NCBI GenBank assembly: GCA_001643675.2
Contig: LSRY02000019.1
Location: 1,488,001-1,552,000, forward strand
Reading direction: 5' to 3'
DNA from: Monocercomonoides exilis PA203
Lineage: Eukaryota; Protista; Preaxostyla
Length of the DNA stretch: 64,000 nt
The notes under the pieces were generated by a model. The model had not been told where the DNA came from, did not search any database, and saw nothing but the letters and a program-made list of their open reading frames with translations. The translations under genes were made by a program, and so were the position numbers. Shown piece by piece: positions 31,201-42,780 of this stretch. The first letter of the stretch is position 1, and each line of letters starts with the position of its first letter.

Positions 31201-31967
31201 TTGTTGAGATGATGTCGAAGAAGAAGAAGATTGTTTTTTATTTGAAGAAGAATTTTCTGTAATAATTTCTTCATCCCACGCTGCTTCGTCTATAAATCTT
31301 GTGTAATCTGGCTCAGCTCGCTGCTTTTTCTTTGCTGACTGAAGCGAAGTTGAGGCTTCAGTCGAATGGGCTAACATCCAGTTGTTGCCCTTTTCCCATT
31401 CCTGTTCATTTAATCCTAAAAAAAACAATGAAAATAAATAAAAAAAAATATTAAATATAAACAAACCACTTTTGCAAGATGGAAGGTGAGGTTTCTGAGG
31501 CGGAATGATAAAACCTTGATTCTTCTTCAGCGTTTGTTTTGCGTAACTAAATTTGCCTTCTGTCACATCATATCCATAGTCTTGTAAATCGGATAATGAT
31601 GTGTTTCGAGACAACGCCTGTAGCATTGTTGTCTGAGTGTGCAACGGAGCGTTGTAAAACACCACAGACAGGTCTTCCAGCAGCTTTATGTGATATTCTG
31701 TTTCAAAAAAAAAATAAATAATAAACAAATATAAATGAAAAAAATAATTGAGAGTCAAAATAATATTTTCTAACATAATACAAAAAAATTAAAAATCAAA
31801 CCATTTAAAGAGATCAGTAAATCATTAATAACTGAAGATGATTGCCTGTAGTTGTAAAAGAGATAGACGAGCAATGAATCAACGTCATCTCCACCAATTC
31901 GTTTTATTTCTTGCCACAGAACATTGCATCGAGAATTTAATGTCGATTCACGTTTTGAAAACGACAT
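28255..31967 (-). CDS. USP (peptidase C19)-containing Sola-like DDD transposase, copy 1, probably with one premature stop
   Basis: Introns at 31698-31801 and 31416-31466. ORFs 31177-31776, 30163-30975 and 28255-30135 are in one frame, separated by single TAA codons. USP: GLPNLGNTCYLASLLQ, QQQNVTEAF, CQKC/CNKC, NGHYIAV, WNVCND. Transposase: DLCGMCE...H...DFKEKW...Q...CDSGPHNRN...FFAEHHGKNICDSEFG. Confidence 0.8.
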
Positions 31968-32278
31968 TTTTCTAAAATAAATGTTTTCTTATGGTAAGTC
32001 ACAATTATTTTTTAAAAATTTATTTTTTATTTTAAAAAATATGCATTGTTATTTTTTCATTATTTAACTATTTCCAAAATTGTTTAAAAAATTTTTTAAC
32101 GTGAATTGAATTAGAGAAAAAAATTTTTAAAAATTTCTTATCAGAAAAAAATTTGAAAAATTTAAGAATTCTTAAAATAAAGGTTTATTGAAAAATTCGT
32201 CGCATTAATGAATATGTCTTTTGGAAGATTATATTTCCATATAAAAATATTAATAAATAAAATTAAATATCATTCTTC

Positions 32279-33130
32279 AATGAAAAAAGGATCTGACCCA
32301 TGATCCGAATTTCCAAGGGGTCAAAAAGATCAAAAAAATAAGCGTTAAAGGGCGAAAATTGCAGGTAGAAGAATGCAGTTTTTTGGCTATTGATGAAGTT
32401 AAAATGGTGAAAACAATCATTTAATGCAAAAAAAAGACCCCTGAGGATTCTGTCATTTTGTGATCGCCATTGTTTGGACAAAGAAAAAGAGCTGATGCTC
32501 TTCAAATACAACGTTTGAAAAATCAAAAAAAACATTTTTGGCAAGAATGCACTTATGCGGACCTTTAATTTTTTGAAAATTTTTGCAAAAAAAAGAAGAA
32601 TACGGGAGGAATCGAACCCGCATCCTTCTCGTCCTGTTCCAACACCCTAACCTGTTGTGCTATTTCTGCACCCAAAAGGGTTCTATTTTCACTTATTCTT
32701 TTATCTATATCTCTAACCCTAAATATTTAGTCCATACAAAACCTCACTTTTTTCATCAAAACCCTAAAAAGAAGATTCGAGGCACAACCCTACGACCTAA
32801 AACAACTTTTTAAAGAAGAATTTTGTGATAACCCTAACCCTAAAACAACTGCAATAGTCAGAAAAAGAATTCATTTAAACCTAATAAATATTATTATGGT
32901 TCTATGATCAAAAGGGTCCGTATATGTGCAATCTTTCCACATTTTTCTGACTCTTATCACGTATATAACAATTAGACAAACAATTTAAAATTTTCAGAAA
33001 TTTGTTTTTTTTTCATTAAATATTCAAAATTTCAAAAAGATATGGTTCTGATTAAAGCTGGAGTTTTGTTTCTTTCATTTTTTCAAAACTACTTGCTTTT
33101 CCAACTTTTTAAAGGTTTGCTTTAACTTTC
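32279..33130 (-). repeat. Right TIR (~852 bp)
   Basis: Inverted copy of 26514-27366. Confidence 0.95.
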
Positions 33131-33214
33131 CATTTTTTAATATTTATGATAATATTACAGTTTTTTCATTATGTTGGAAAACTGCTCTGTTTGCTTCCTT
33201 TTCTTGTCTGTCAA

Positions 33215-33790
33215 ATGGCAAATCTTCACGTTGGAGGGCATTACGATGAGAATAGAACATATTTTTGAATAGCAATTGGGAAATAAATGAAGTTGCGCAA
33301 TATACATGATTTTTATTTGGAACAAGAGATGAAAACAAATTCGACTGAAGTTTTGTTGAATGAAGATGAAAAGAAGGAATTCTGTGAAGGACAAAATCTA
33401 CACAAAATTATATAGCATTTTGGAGCATCATGCAGGGGAGCAGTTTGTGGTATTTTTTGGACAAGGAAAGTGGCTGGCAATATTGAGGGAAGGATATTTA
33501 TCACTAAAAAGGCAACAATTCAACTTAATAAAGGAGAACCCCAAAATATCGGTTATATTTATAAGGTTTTCCTGTTGCTCAGACTGGGCAGACAGACATG
33601 GAAAGCGACGAAATTCTATTTCCGGTTGCGCTTTTGCTTCAAAAGAGTGGAGAACAGCCAACGACGAGACATCTAATTATCGAGTATTTTTTAGCAATCG
33701 AACGGCATTCTGTCCAACTTCAATCGGATTTTACTGCTGAAAGAATTTGTAATTTTTACAAACAGCGAGCTTGATGTTGATAATTTGGTA
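33215..33790 (+). pseudogene. Decayed coding fragment with a diverged inverted homolog at ~53570-54155
   Basis: Shared KVAGNI...NIG(Y/F)IYKVFLL...ILF...LL.QKSGE.PTTRH.IIEY peptides and visible nucleotide similarity. Both copies have stops or frameshifts. Confidence 0.7.
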
Positions 33791-34242
33791 TTTCTGTTTG
33801 CGAAACATTCATTTGGCTGTCAAACACATCTTCTCTTTCAATTCCTCCTCCTCCTCTTCTTTTTGAATATCTGCATCTACTCTGTTGCGTGCCAATCTCA
33901 TCAAGGGCAATCTCGAACTGAACAGCCTGGCGAATGAGATGCCTCCATTCTTTTCATTTGCTGCTGCTGCATGCGATCAGAGCACATACAAAATGCTTCC
34001 CATCAATCATCGCTCCTCCATCATCCTTCCTTCTCTCTGCCTTCTCACTTTTTCCCCTCATTGATTGAATGTTCTTCCACTTTGTATTCTTTCAGCCTGC
34101 CTTGACGAATCGATTTTATGTTCGTTTTGCAAGTGTTTTAGCAGGCAAAGAATTGTCGGAGCTCATTGGGAAGAATTAGAAAAATGAGTGAATGAGAGAG
34201 TGAATGAGAAGTGTGAATGAGAGAGAGGGAGGGATGGAAAAG

Positions 34243-37200
34243 GGCATAGGTACATCTATGCTTCTTTTGCAATTTGCGATATTAGATATTAACTTTATGA
34301 TGAAATAATAGATAAAAATAATTTAAAACTTTTGGGTGGACGAATTTTTTGAAATTGTTTTTTCTTGTTGCAAAAAATCAATTTTGAAAAATCACCCATA
34401 AATATTACAATTTTTAATTAAAATTAATATATAAGGATAATTACTTATTAACAAATACATAGAATGCTTTCAAGTGTTATATTAACCTTTTGCATCAAAA
34501 AATTTCTGAGAAATAAAAACAATTAAAAAAATTAAAAATTTTAATGATAAATATTTGATCAATCCCATAATAAACTTTTCAATCTCAAAAAATTCAGAAT
34601 TTGATTTTTTGATGATGCATGGAGTATATGCTGGTGAAAGAATGGTATCTTTTATATATTATTGTTTATAAATAGCATATTATGATTTGAATTGTGAAAT
34701 TTATTCTATTATTTATATTAATTTATAAAATACAAATATCAAATTATTCTTTTTTATGAAATGTCAACTATTTATATTTCATTATCTTTGTATTTATTAT
34801 ATTGTTTTAAAGGTATTCCGGTAGAAATATTGAAGATTTGTTTATTATAAATTCCATATCAAGTTATCTTTTTATTTCGTTTTTTTATTAACAAACCGTG
34901 CAAAGAAGTAAATCATAACAAGATTGAAAGATGATTTTTCAAACTTTATAAAAGCTATATGAATAAAAAAAACAAAAGAGTGAACCAATTTGCAGTCAGT
35001 CTATCAAATTAAAAACTATATGAAAATTTGAATAAATCGTTCTGTCGTATCGAAACCAATAAAAATTTTAAGATTTTTATTATTCCTAAAAAATTCATTT
35101 TTTTCTACAGGCTATTATTTACATGCGCTTTTGATATCATTGCATATCATTTTCATCGCTAACAATATCACATATTCCACTGAACATCTGTCATTCTGTT
35201 CATTTGCAAATACCTTCTCCATCAATTCAACCATTTCTTCTTCGTCAATCCCTTCTGTCAGCGGCCGCACCCCATCTCTCATCATCTCCTGTGCTTCCTC
35301 TGCATCACACTCGCTCAATGGCACTTCCCCTATTGTCATCTCATGCAGAATCAGTCCAAGTGTGAAAACAACTGACATTTCCATATCCTCTTCTCCAACT
35401 CTAGCTTCAGGAGCCTTCCATCGCTTCATTTCCTCTTTCTGCTTCTCTTCCTCCAATTCCTCTGTCAAAACAAATATTCCTCTTCCACTTGCTCCTCCTT
35501 CCTCAATAAAGATCGTATACGGACACAGCTGCCTTCCCATCAGCCCAGCCATCTCGTCTCCAACTGATATCAAATGCTCAAACAGCTTCGCAACTGCCAA
35601 CACCACTTCCTTCCCATCAACATCCATCGTTCTTGTTCCCAACGTGAAATTACCTTGCACTGAATGAATCACCGAGTATAATGTTTTCAAGCCCTTTTTC
35701 TTCGTCTCTCCAAATGGCTTCTTCGCACTTATAACTTTTAACGAATTGCTCTGCAAAACCTCGCAAACCAAAACTTCTTCAGGCACTGGCAATCGTAATT
35801 CCAAATCTGGCAAATCATTTTCAGTTCGTGCCTCATCGCTCGTTCCTCCCGCTTCTGTCCCCTCTTCTTCATCGTTGTCAATCAACAGAGGTATTTGACT
35901 CGTCATCCATTCCAGCAACGTCGATAGCATTTCACTCATCTCCATGCATTCTCCACACCTTTCTTTTCTCCATTCTGCTCTCCCACAATCCCCTCTTCTT
36001 TGGTGCAAATATCTTCAACTTTCTTCTGGACTTCTCTCAGTTTCTTTCATTGAACCACTGCAATCATGTTTAACAAAATCACAATAATCACATGAACAAC
36101 TGCACACCCACTTAAAGAAACATCACTCCATTCAATTTTGCTTTCTCCTCTGTTTCCATTATTCCTTCCTTCTGAAATTCTATCATCTCCAGAGGAAGGA
36201 GAAACTGTTTTGTTTTTCATAACCAATGTATTTGTAAGTGACAACTACTCTTTCCCAAACAGGATGCTCATGCTCACTTCTGTTTTGTTCTCGATCGATT
36301 TCGCTATATCCGATGAAATAACAGAAAATACCTCGTTTTCTTCTATCTGTTGTGTTTGAATTCGTTCAACATCTCCGTCTTTCATGCTTATCTTCAGCGA
36401 CAAGTTGCACAGAAGAAGAGGCTTCCCGCGAACGCTCAAGTCCATGCTCTCACTCGCTTGTGTTGTGTTCTCACTTCTTCCAGAACCGGAACGAAATACG
36501 ATGTTCTTCTTTCACTTTTTATTCCTCGCAATTGGCATCCTTTGTCAAATATCCTCAGTTATGTGTTTTTCTCCATCCTATCTCCCTCTTTCAAACCCAT
36601 CTCCTCCAGATTCATCTCTCCATCAATCACGTTCTTGGTATCAATGTGCAACAGACTCACATATTCCAAAGTCAGATGCATTTGTCCATAGTTAATTGAA
36701 TTGCAAGGAAGATCGTTTGTTCCACATTGTCTCTCATCTGATCCATTCACACTGCTCACAACAATTGTATCACTCTGGTGGATTGTTATCAGTCCGATCA
36801 GATTTGAATCGTCCTTATATTCACAGTAATCAATTCCATCGATTGCATAAATTCGTGAATAACTATTCTCTCGAAGATCAAATTGAAATTGCCTTTCATT
36901 AATCTGTGATGAGATGTTGAAGCATTCAATGAAAATATCGTTTCCCACTCTAGCTGTGTTTGAACCGAATTTCATTCCAACAAATGTGAAATTCAATTCT
37001 CCTCTTTCCTTTGTTGCCAGATACACCCCTCCTCCTTTCCCATTGGTGCAGCTGCATTGACTGACTTCGGACTTAATCATCTTCATCGATCCTGATGCAC
37101 CCAATGTGAAGAATATTGTCCCTCCTTTTTCATTTGCTTCTATCTCATCTTCAACATTCCACACTGACTTTGAAGAAAAGATATAATTTATTTTGTTTAT

Positions 37201-37824
37201 TGATACATTTTTTGCATAACAATAAAATAAAAATAGAAAAGCAAACGTCCATTTAAATTCAAAATATATTCTGAATAACATCTAAAAATGATGGATCATA
37301 TAATTACACATTGCATACATTAAGGCTATATTACGCAATTACAAAAATTCTCAAACAATACAATAATATCTATAATAACAATAAGTGCATACAGTTTATA
37401 AACAATAATATATAAAAGATACCATTCTTTCACCAGCATATACTCCATGCATCATCAAAAAATCAAATTCTGAATTTTTTGAGATTGAAAAGTTTATTAT
37501 GGGATTGATCAAATATTTATCATTAAAATTTTTAATTTTTTTAATTGTTTTTATTTCTCAGAAATTTTTTGATGCAAAAGGTTAATATAACACTTGAAAG
37601 CATTCTATGTATTTGTTAATAAGTAATTATCCTTATATATTAATTTTAATTAAAAATTGTAATATTTATGGGTGATTTTTCAAAATTGATTTTTTGCAAC
37701 AAGAAAAAACAATTTCAAAAAATTCGTCCACCCAAAAGTTTTAAATTATTTTTATCTATTATTTCATCATAAAGTTAATATCTAATATCGCAAATTGCAA
37801 AAGAAGCATAGATGTACCTATGCC
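34243..37824. mobile_element. Non-autonomous TIR element A (GGCATAGG...CCTATGCC), 430-bp TIRs, 8-bp TSD TGGAAAAG, carrying host gene fragments
   Basis: TIRs 34243-34672 and 37395-37824. TSD at 34235-34242 and 37825-37832. Confidence 0.93.
35115..37281 (-). pseudogene. Cargo of element A: mosaic pieces of the expanded family (GGGVY repeat region, G.D...CG....PC motif, SILFG segment, C-terminal pseudokinase-like region)
   Basis: ORFs 36559-37281, 36245-36445, 36047-36244 and 35115-36008 (RWKAPE...VFTLGLILHEMTIGEVP) broken by stops and frameshifts. Confidence 0.7.
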
Positions 37825-40800
37825 TGGAAAAGAATGAAGGAAGGAAGTTAATCAGGGAGGTGGTCTTTGGATTTGATAATTGTGATGCCACCGTAGAAGA
37901 AGAGGAAGAGAAGAAAAAAAATTGAGTCGATTATAATAAATATGTTTGATCGAAAACACTGGGTTTGAAGCATTCTAAGGCATGAATTATTATATTTTCA
38001 ATATTTTTTTTTATTGTTTTCTTTTGATTTTTATGTGAAATTATGCATCTTCTTTTTTTTTTAGTCTTTATCGAATCCCGACGAATAGAAACATTTGCAC
38101 ACACTTCTGCCTTTTCTTCGACTTCTTCGTTTGTGTTCTCTACAGTGATAGTCATTGGGACAGACGACACAGCGCAGCTGAAGGTTCTACTACAGGAAGA
38201 TATGCCGACTGAGGTTGAGCTGCAGACGTGTGGAACTTGGGAGCTGAGTATGTGCGCGTGCCTGGTTGTGAAGCATGAATCCCAACAGCTGTCAATTTCG
38301 CAGGCTGTTCCCGCAGGTACAATGATAGCTTCGCTTGCTACAGGGTCGCTTATGGTGCGTGTATGTGGAAAGGCGCTGCACACTACTGCTCCAAGTTAAC
38401 TTCATTGAGTCCAGATCTATGGCGCGTGTGGGGCAGAAGTGTATCTGGCGGATGCGACATATACATTGTCCCCGGAACTGGAGGTGGTAGAGGCGACGCA
38501 GATGCAGAATGTGGTGTTTTCGTGTGCTATGTCGGCGCTGGCATCGTATTTCGTGGCGGTGGCGTGTGGCTATTAACTCTATGAGATGTTGATGAAGTTC
38601 AAAAGAATCCCGTCGATTGCGCTTCAACCACTAAAAAGAGCATATTGTGCAGATGATGATAATGGAGATGGAAGAGAGATGAATAGGAGACGACGGAAGT
38701 GCCGATGGTGCGGAAGATGCCTGAAAAGAACGAGAAGAAGGAATGTTGTGGCAGCAGCGCACGGAAGAGCACTGGAAATGAGAAAATTGAAGATGAAGGG
38801 GAAGAAGAAAGTTTCCCACCAGAGATTGTTGTTATCGAGCAGGAGACAGCAAGGCAGGTGGAGCGTGTAATTGCAGTTGCCGAAGGAGGGGAGTGCCAAT
38901 GTGATCGTATTGAATTGTCTTTTTGGGTGTCATTTTTGAACGAAGTGGCAGCATTAACAACCTGTTTTCATCTGGCTAACTGTTACTGCAATTAGGAGAG
39001 AGAGAAGAAAGGAGCAGGACAGCCAAAATTTATCTTCAAAGAGACAGACAGTTGTGCAGACACCAGCAAAGGCAGTTTTTGCAAGAGGAATGGAATGCAT
39101 ACAGGCAGCTATGCAAACAGAGAGAGAAGGCATGCAAGAACGCAACGCGATTTGAAAAGAGAAGTCCAGCCATCGTGCATTCTGATGCATTTCCTGAACT
39201 GTCTCTTGAGAAGACTTCATTCTCTTCCTCTTTGTCCTCTTCCTCTTCTCCTTTTTTACCTACTTCTTCATCACATTCTTCTTCTTCTTTGACGTATCCT
39301 CTCTCTTCATATTGGATCAGATCCGCAACATTCGAATGTGAGCAAGATTTTCAATCAATAACTGAATAATACATACAAAAAATTATCTCATTTTGTTAGG
39401 CTATCTTTAACAACATCATCGCTATCTATTCCATCTGTGGGATTGCTGAATGTGCATTTGAACTGTTTTCCTCTTCCCCAGAGGCGCATTCCGCTCTGCT
39501 TCAGCACTTTGTACGGCTTCCGCTCTCCGGCTGTGCTGAATGAATTGAAGGGGAATGAGAAGGGGAAGGATCTACCAGCTATATCGCACTCATCCTCTCA
39601 TTTTGCAGCATCGTAAAGAAGCGAAGAGAGAGGAGGACAAGTTCAAATGGAAGATACAAAGAAGGCGGATTTCAGAAGCAAGTTAAGTGCAGAGACGAGA
39701 AAAGGGAGAAAGACGAGTTTTGTACATCGCAAATTGACGCTTTCGGCACAAGATTTCCACAAACAGAAACAGATAGGAGGAGGAGGGACAGGAGAAGAAA
39801 AGAAGGAGGTGATGAAAATGATGATGATGAACGGCAGCATACATTTTACTCGTTCGGCAGCACACTCTCATCTACCCAGCTGCACACTCAACACATCACA
39901 GCCTCCTCAACATTTGCTTCTCCTCCTTTTTCTCCCTTGCAACATTCACAATTGTCTGCCCCTTCTGTTCTTGTTGGAACTTCGCCAAAGCCATTCACTT
40001 CGTCATCTCCTGCCACAGACTCCTTTTCACTCACGCAGAAGTCCTTCGACATGACTAGTCCAAGCTCTGCCTCTTTATCAAACATGTCTTCTTCTTCCTC
40101 TCCTTCTTCTTCATCTCCTTCTTCTTCTATTTCTTCTTTCTCGCTTCCACCGCTTGTGACTGTGCCGATACCTCGTCCGATTCTTGTGAAGGACAGTTGA
40201 GCAATGCAGGTGTGTTTGCAAGCAGCAACATGTCAGCGATGAGGGATGTGTTTGAGCCACAGAGCATCCTTCTGAATTATGCAGTGTATGTTGCTAGCCA
40301 GTGGATTCGGGTGAGTGGGGAGAGGGAGGGGAAGGAAGGGAAGGGAGAGAAGAAGGATGAGAAGAGGAGTGCAAATGAGTTTGTTTGTGATTGTGATGAA
40401 AAGGGATCGTTGTGTGTGACAGATCAATACATCGATAATGAGAAAGATGAAGAAGAAGAGGAAGAAGAAGAGGAAGAAGAAGATGGATTTGACAAAGAAA
40501 TTAGAAAGGCTCAGAAAGAAAGAGGAGCGAAAGAGAAGAATAAGTTAGTGTCGATTGAAACCACGCTTTTCTCAGCTTATCAGCTAGAAATGAAAAATCC
40601 AAGAAATATCCAGCAGCATATTATCGAACGCGATCACTTTCTCAACGTTTGCATCTGCACACAAATCATCTTTATTCACTTCTTCTTCATTTCTCATTTC
40701 ATCACCATCATCACCATCACCTTCTTCTTCTTCTTCTTCTTCTTCCTTTTCTCTTTCCCCAGCCAACCTGCCATCCATTAAGCACAGCTTAGGGCGTTCG

Positions 40801-41040
40801 TTCAAAGAAAAGCGGTGGAATGTGATTGAGCTGTGTGCCAGTGTTGTTTACAGCGCTTTTCTGTCGATGGACGTTCAACCTTCGCTGCGCTATGCGTTTC
40901 CTGTTGTCCAGTTAATGGTCTGCTGCTTCGACAACATCCGCAGGCTGAGGAGACTCAACGCCATCACCCACATGGCGAACCAGAATTGTTTGGAAAATTG
41001 TTATTTTTCTGCAAAATAAAATATTTTTCATTAATTGTTT

Positions 41041-42780
41041 GGCATAGGTTCAAACTCGTTCCTTTTGCAATTTGCGTTTTTAAACCCTCAAATTATAACG
41101 AATTAATAGATGATAATTATTTAAAAACTTTTTATGGACCGATTTTTCGAAAAAAATTTTTCTTGTGAAAAAAATGACTTTTGAAAAATGACCCATAAAA
41201 ACATGAATTTCATAAAAAATTATTCAAATTTAAAAGAAAACGTGATTTTTTACACATATACAGTGTTTGCATTATTATATAGACTTATTTAATTTGTTAA
41301 TTTTCATCAAAAAAATATTAATCTTAAATAAAAAATTTAATTAAATGTCTTTGATCTAACCCACAATAAAATTTTTAATATCTGGAAAATTTGAATATGC
41401 TGTTTTAGTTAAAATAGAACCTAAAAGTATGTAATTCGTTCACTTTTATATGTTAATATAAGTATATTATTACATGCTAACTTGTATAATATTGAAAACA
41501 GATTTTATTCACAGTTTCATTAAAGTGTGCTTTTTGACTTTAATTTTCATTAGCGTGCAGATATTAATTTCAAAATTGGTTGCAATGGAACGCAAAAGGT
41601 ATTATATGATTCATAATATCAAATAAATATTCATTTTGTTTTTTTCTTTCAAATATTTTCTTTTCCTTTGATATGTTAATGTATTTTTTTATTAGACTCG
41701 ATCAAAACATGCATTTATGAATAAATCTTGTAAAAATTAACAATAATCACACAAAATAATTCAACGTTGTATTATAAAAACAATGAACTTTATAAAAGTT
41801 TCTCATTTTTATGTTTTTTTTAAAAAAATGAAAAATGAGATTGATTTTGTTCTTTAATCTGAATCATTTTCATTTCATTTCCCATTTTCACATTTTCCAT
41901 CCATTTCCACATCATTTGGCATGGTTCTTCTTCATTTCCACATATTTCAACATCTTATCCACTTGAAAAACTAAATAAATTTCATTTTTCATTTTTTTAA
42001 AAAAAAACATAAAAATGAGAAACTTTTATAAAGTTCATTGTTTTTATAATACAACGTTGAATTATTTTGTGTGATTATTGTTAATTTTTACAAGATTTAT
42101 TCATAAATGCATGTTTTGATCGAGTCTAATAAAAAAATACATTAACATATCAAAGGAAAAGAAAATATTTGAAAGAAAAAAACAAAATGAATATTTATTT
42201 GATATTATGAATCATATAATACCTTTTGCGTTCCATTGCAACCAATTTTGAAATTAATATCTGCACGCTAATGAAAATTAAAGTCAAAAAGCACACTTTA
42301 ATGAAACTGTGAATAAAATCTGTTTTCAATATTATACAAGTTAGCATGTAATAATATACTTATATTAACATATAAAAGTGAACGAATTACATACTTTTAG
42401 GTTCTATTTTAACTAAAACAGCATATTCAAATTTTCCAGATATTAAAAATTTTATTGTGGGTTAGATCAAAGACATTTAATTAAATTTTTTATTTAAGAT
42501 TAATATTTTTTTGATGAAAATTAACAAATTAAATAAGTCTATATAATAATGCAAACACTGTATATGTGTAAAAAATCACGTTTTCTTTTAAATTTGAATA
42601 ATTTTTTATGAAATTCATGTTTTTATGGGTCATTTTTCAAAAGTCATTTTTTTCACAAGAAAAATTTTTTTCGAAAAATCGGTCCATAAAAAGTTTTTAA
42701 ATAATTATCATCTATTAATTCGTTATAATTTGAGGGTTTAAAAACGCAAATTGCAAAAGGAACGAGTTTGAACCTATGCC
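41041..42780. mobile_element. Foldback-like element B (GGCATAGG ends), ~800-bp arms, ~143-bp spacer, 8-bp TSD AATTGTTT
   Basis: 41041-41838 is the inverted copy of 41982-42780. TSD at 41033-41040 and 42781-42788. Confidence 0.93.

Larger units (their letters stand above)
26514..33130. mobile_element. 6.6-kb DNA transposon with ~850-bp TIRs enclosing a USP-transposase gene (Sola-like)
   Basis: 26514-27366 is the near-exact reverse complement of 32279-33130 (a few mismatches near 26970 and one homopolymer indel). One multi-exon gene inside. Exact end and TSD are ambiguous (CA or TTAA). Confidence 0.9.

Noticed and set aside
26832-32813. Duplicated small ORFs MQKKEEYGRNR... and MPKMFFLIFQ...
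   Set aside because: They are the same TIR sequence read twice, with non-ATG starts and no recognisable domain.
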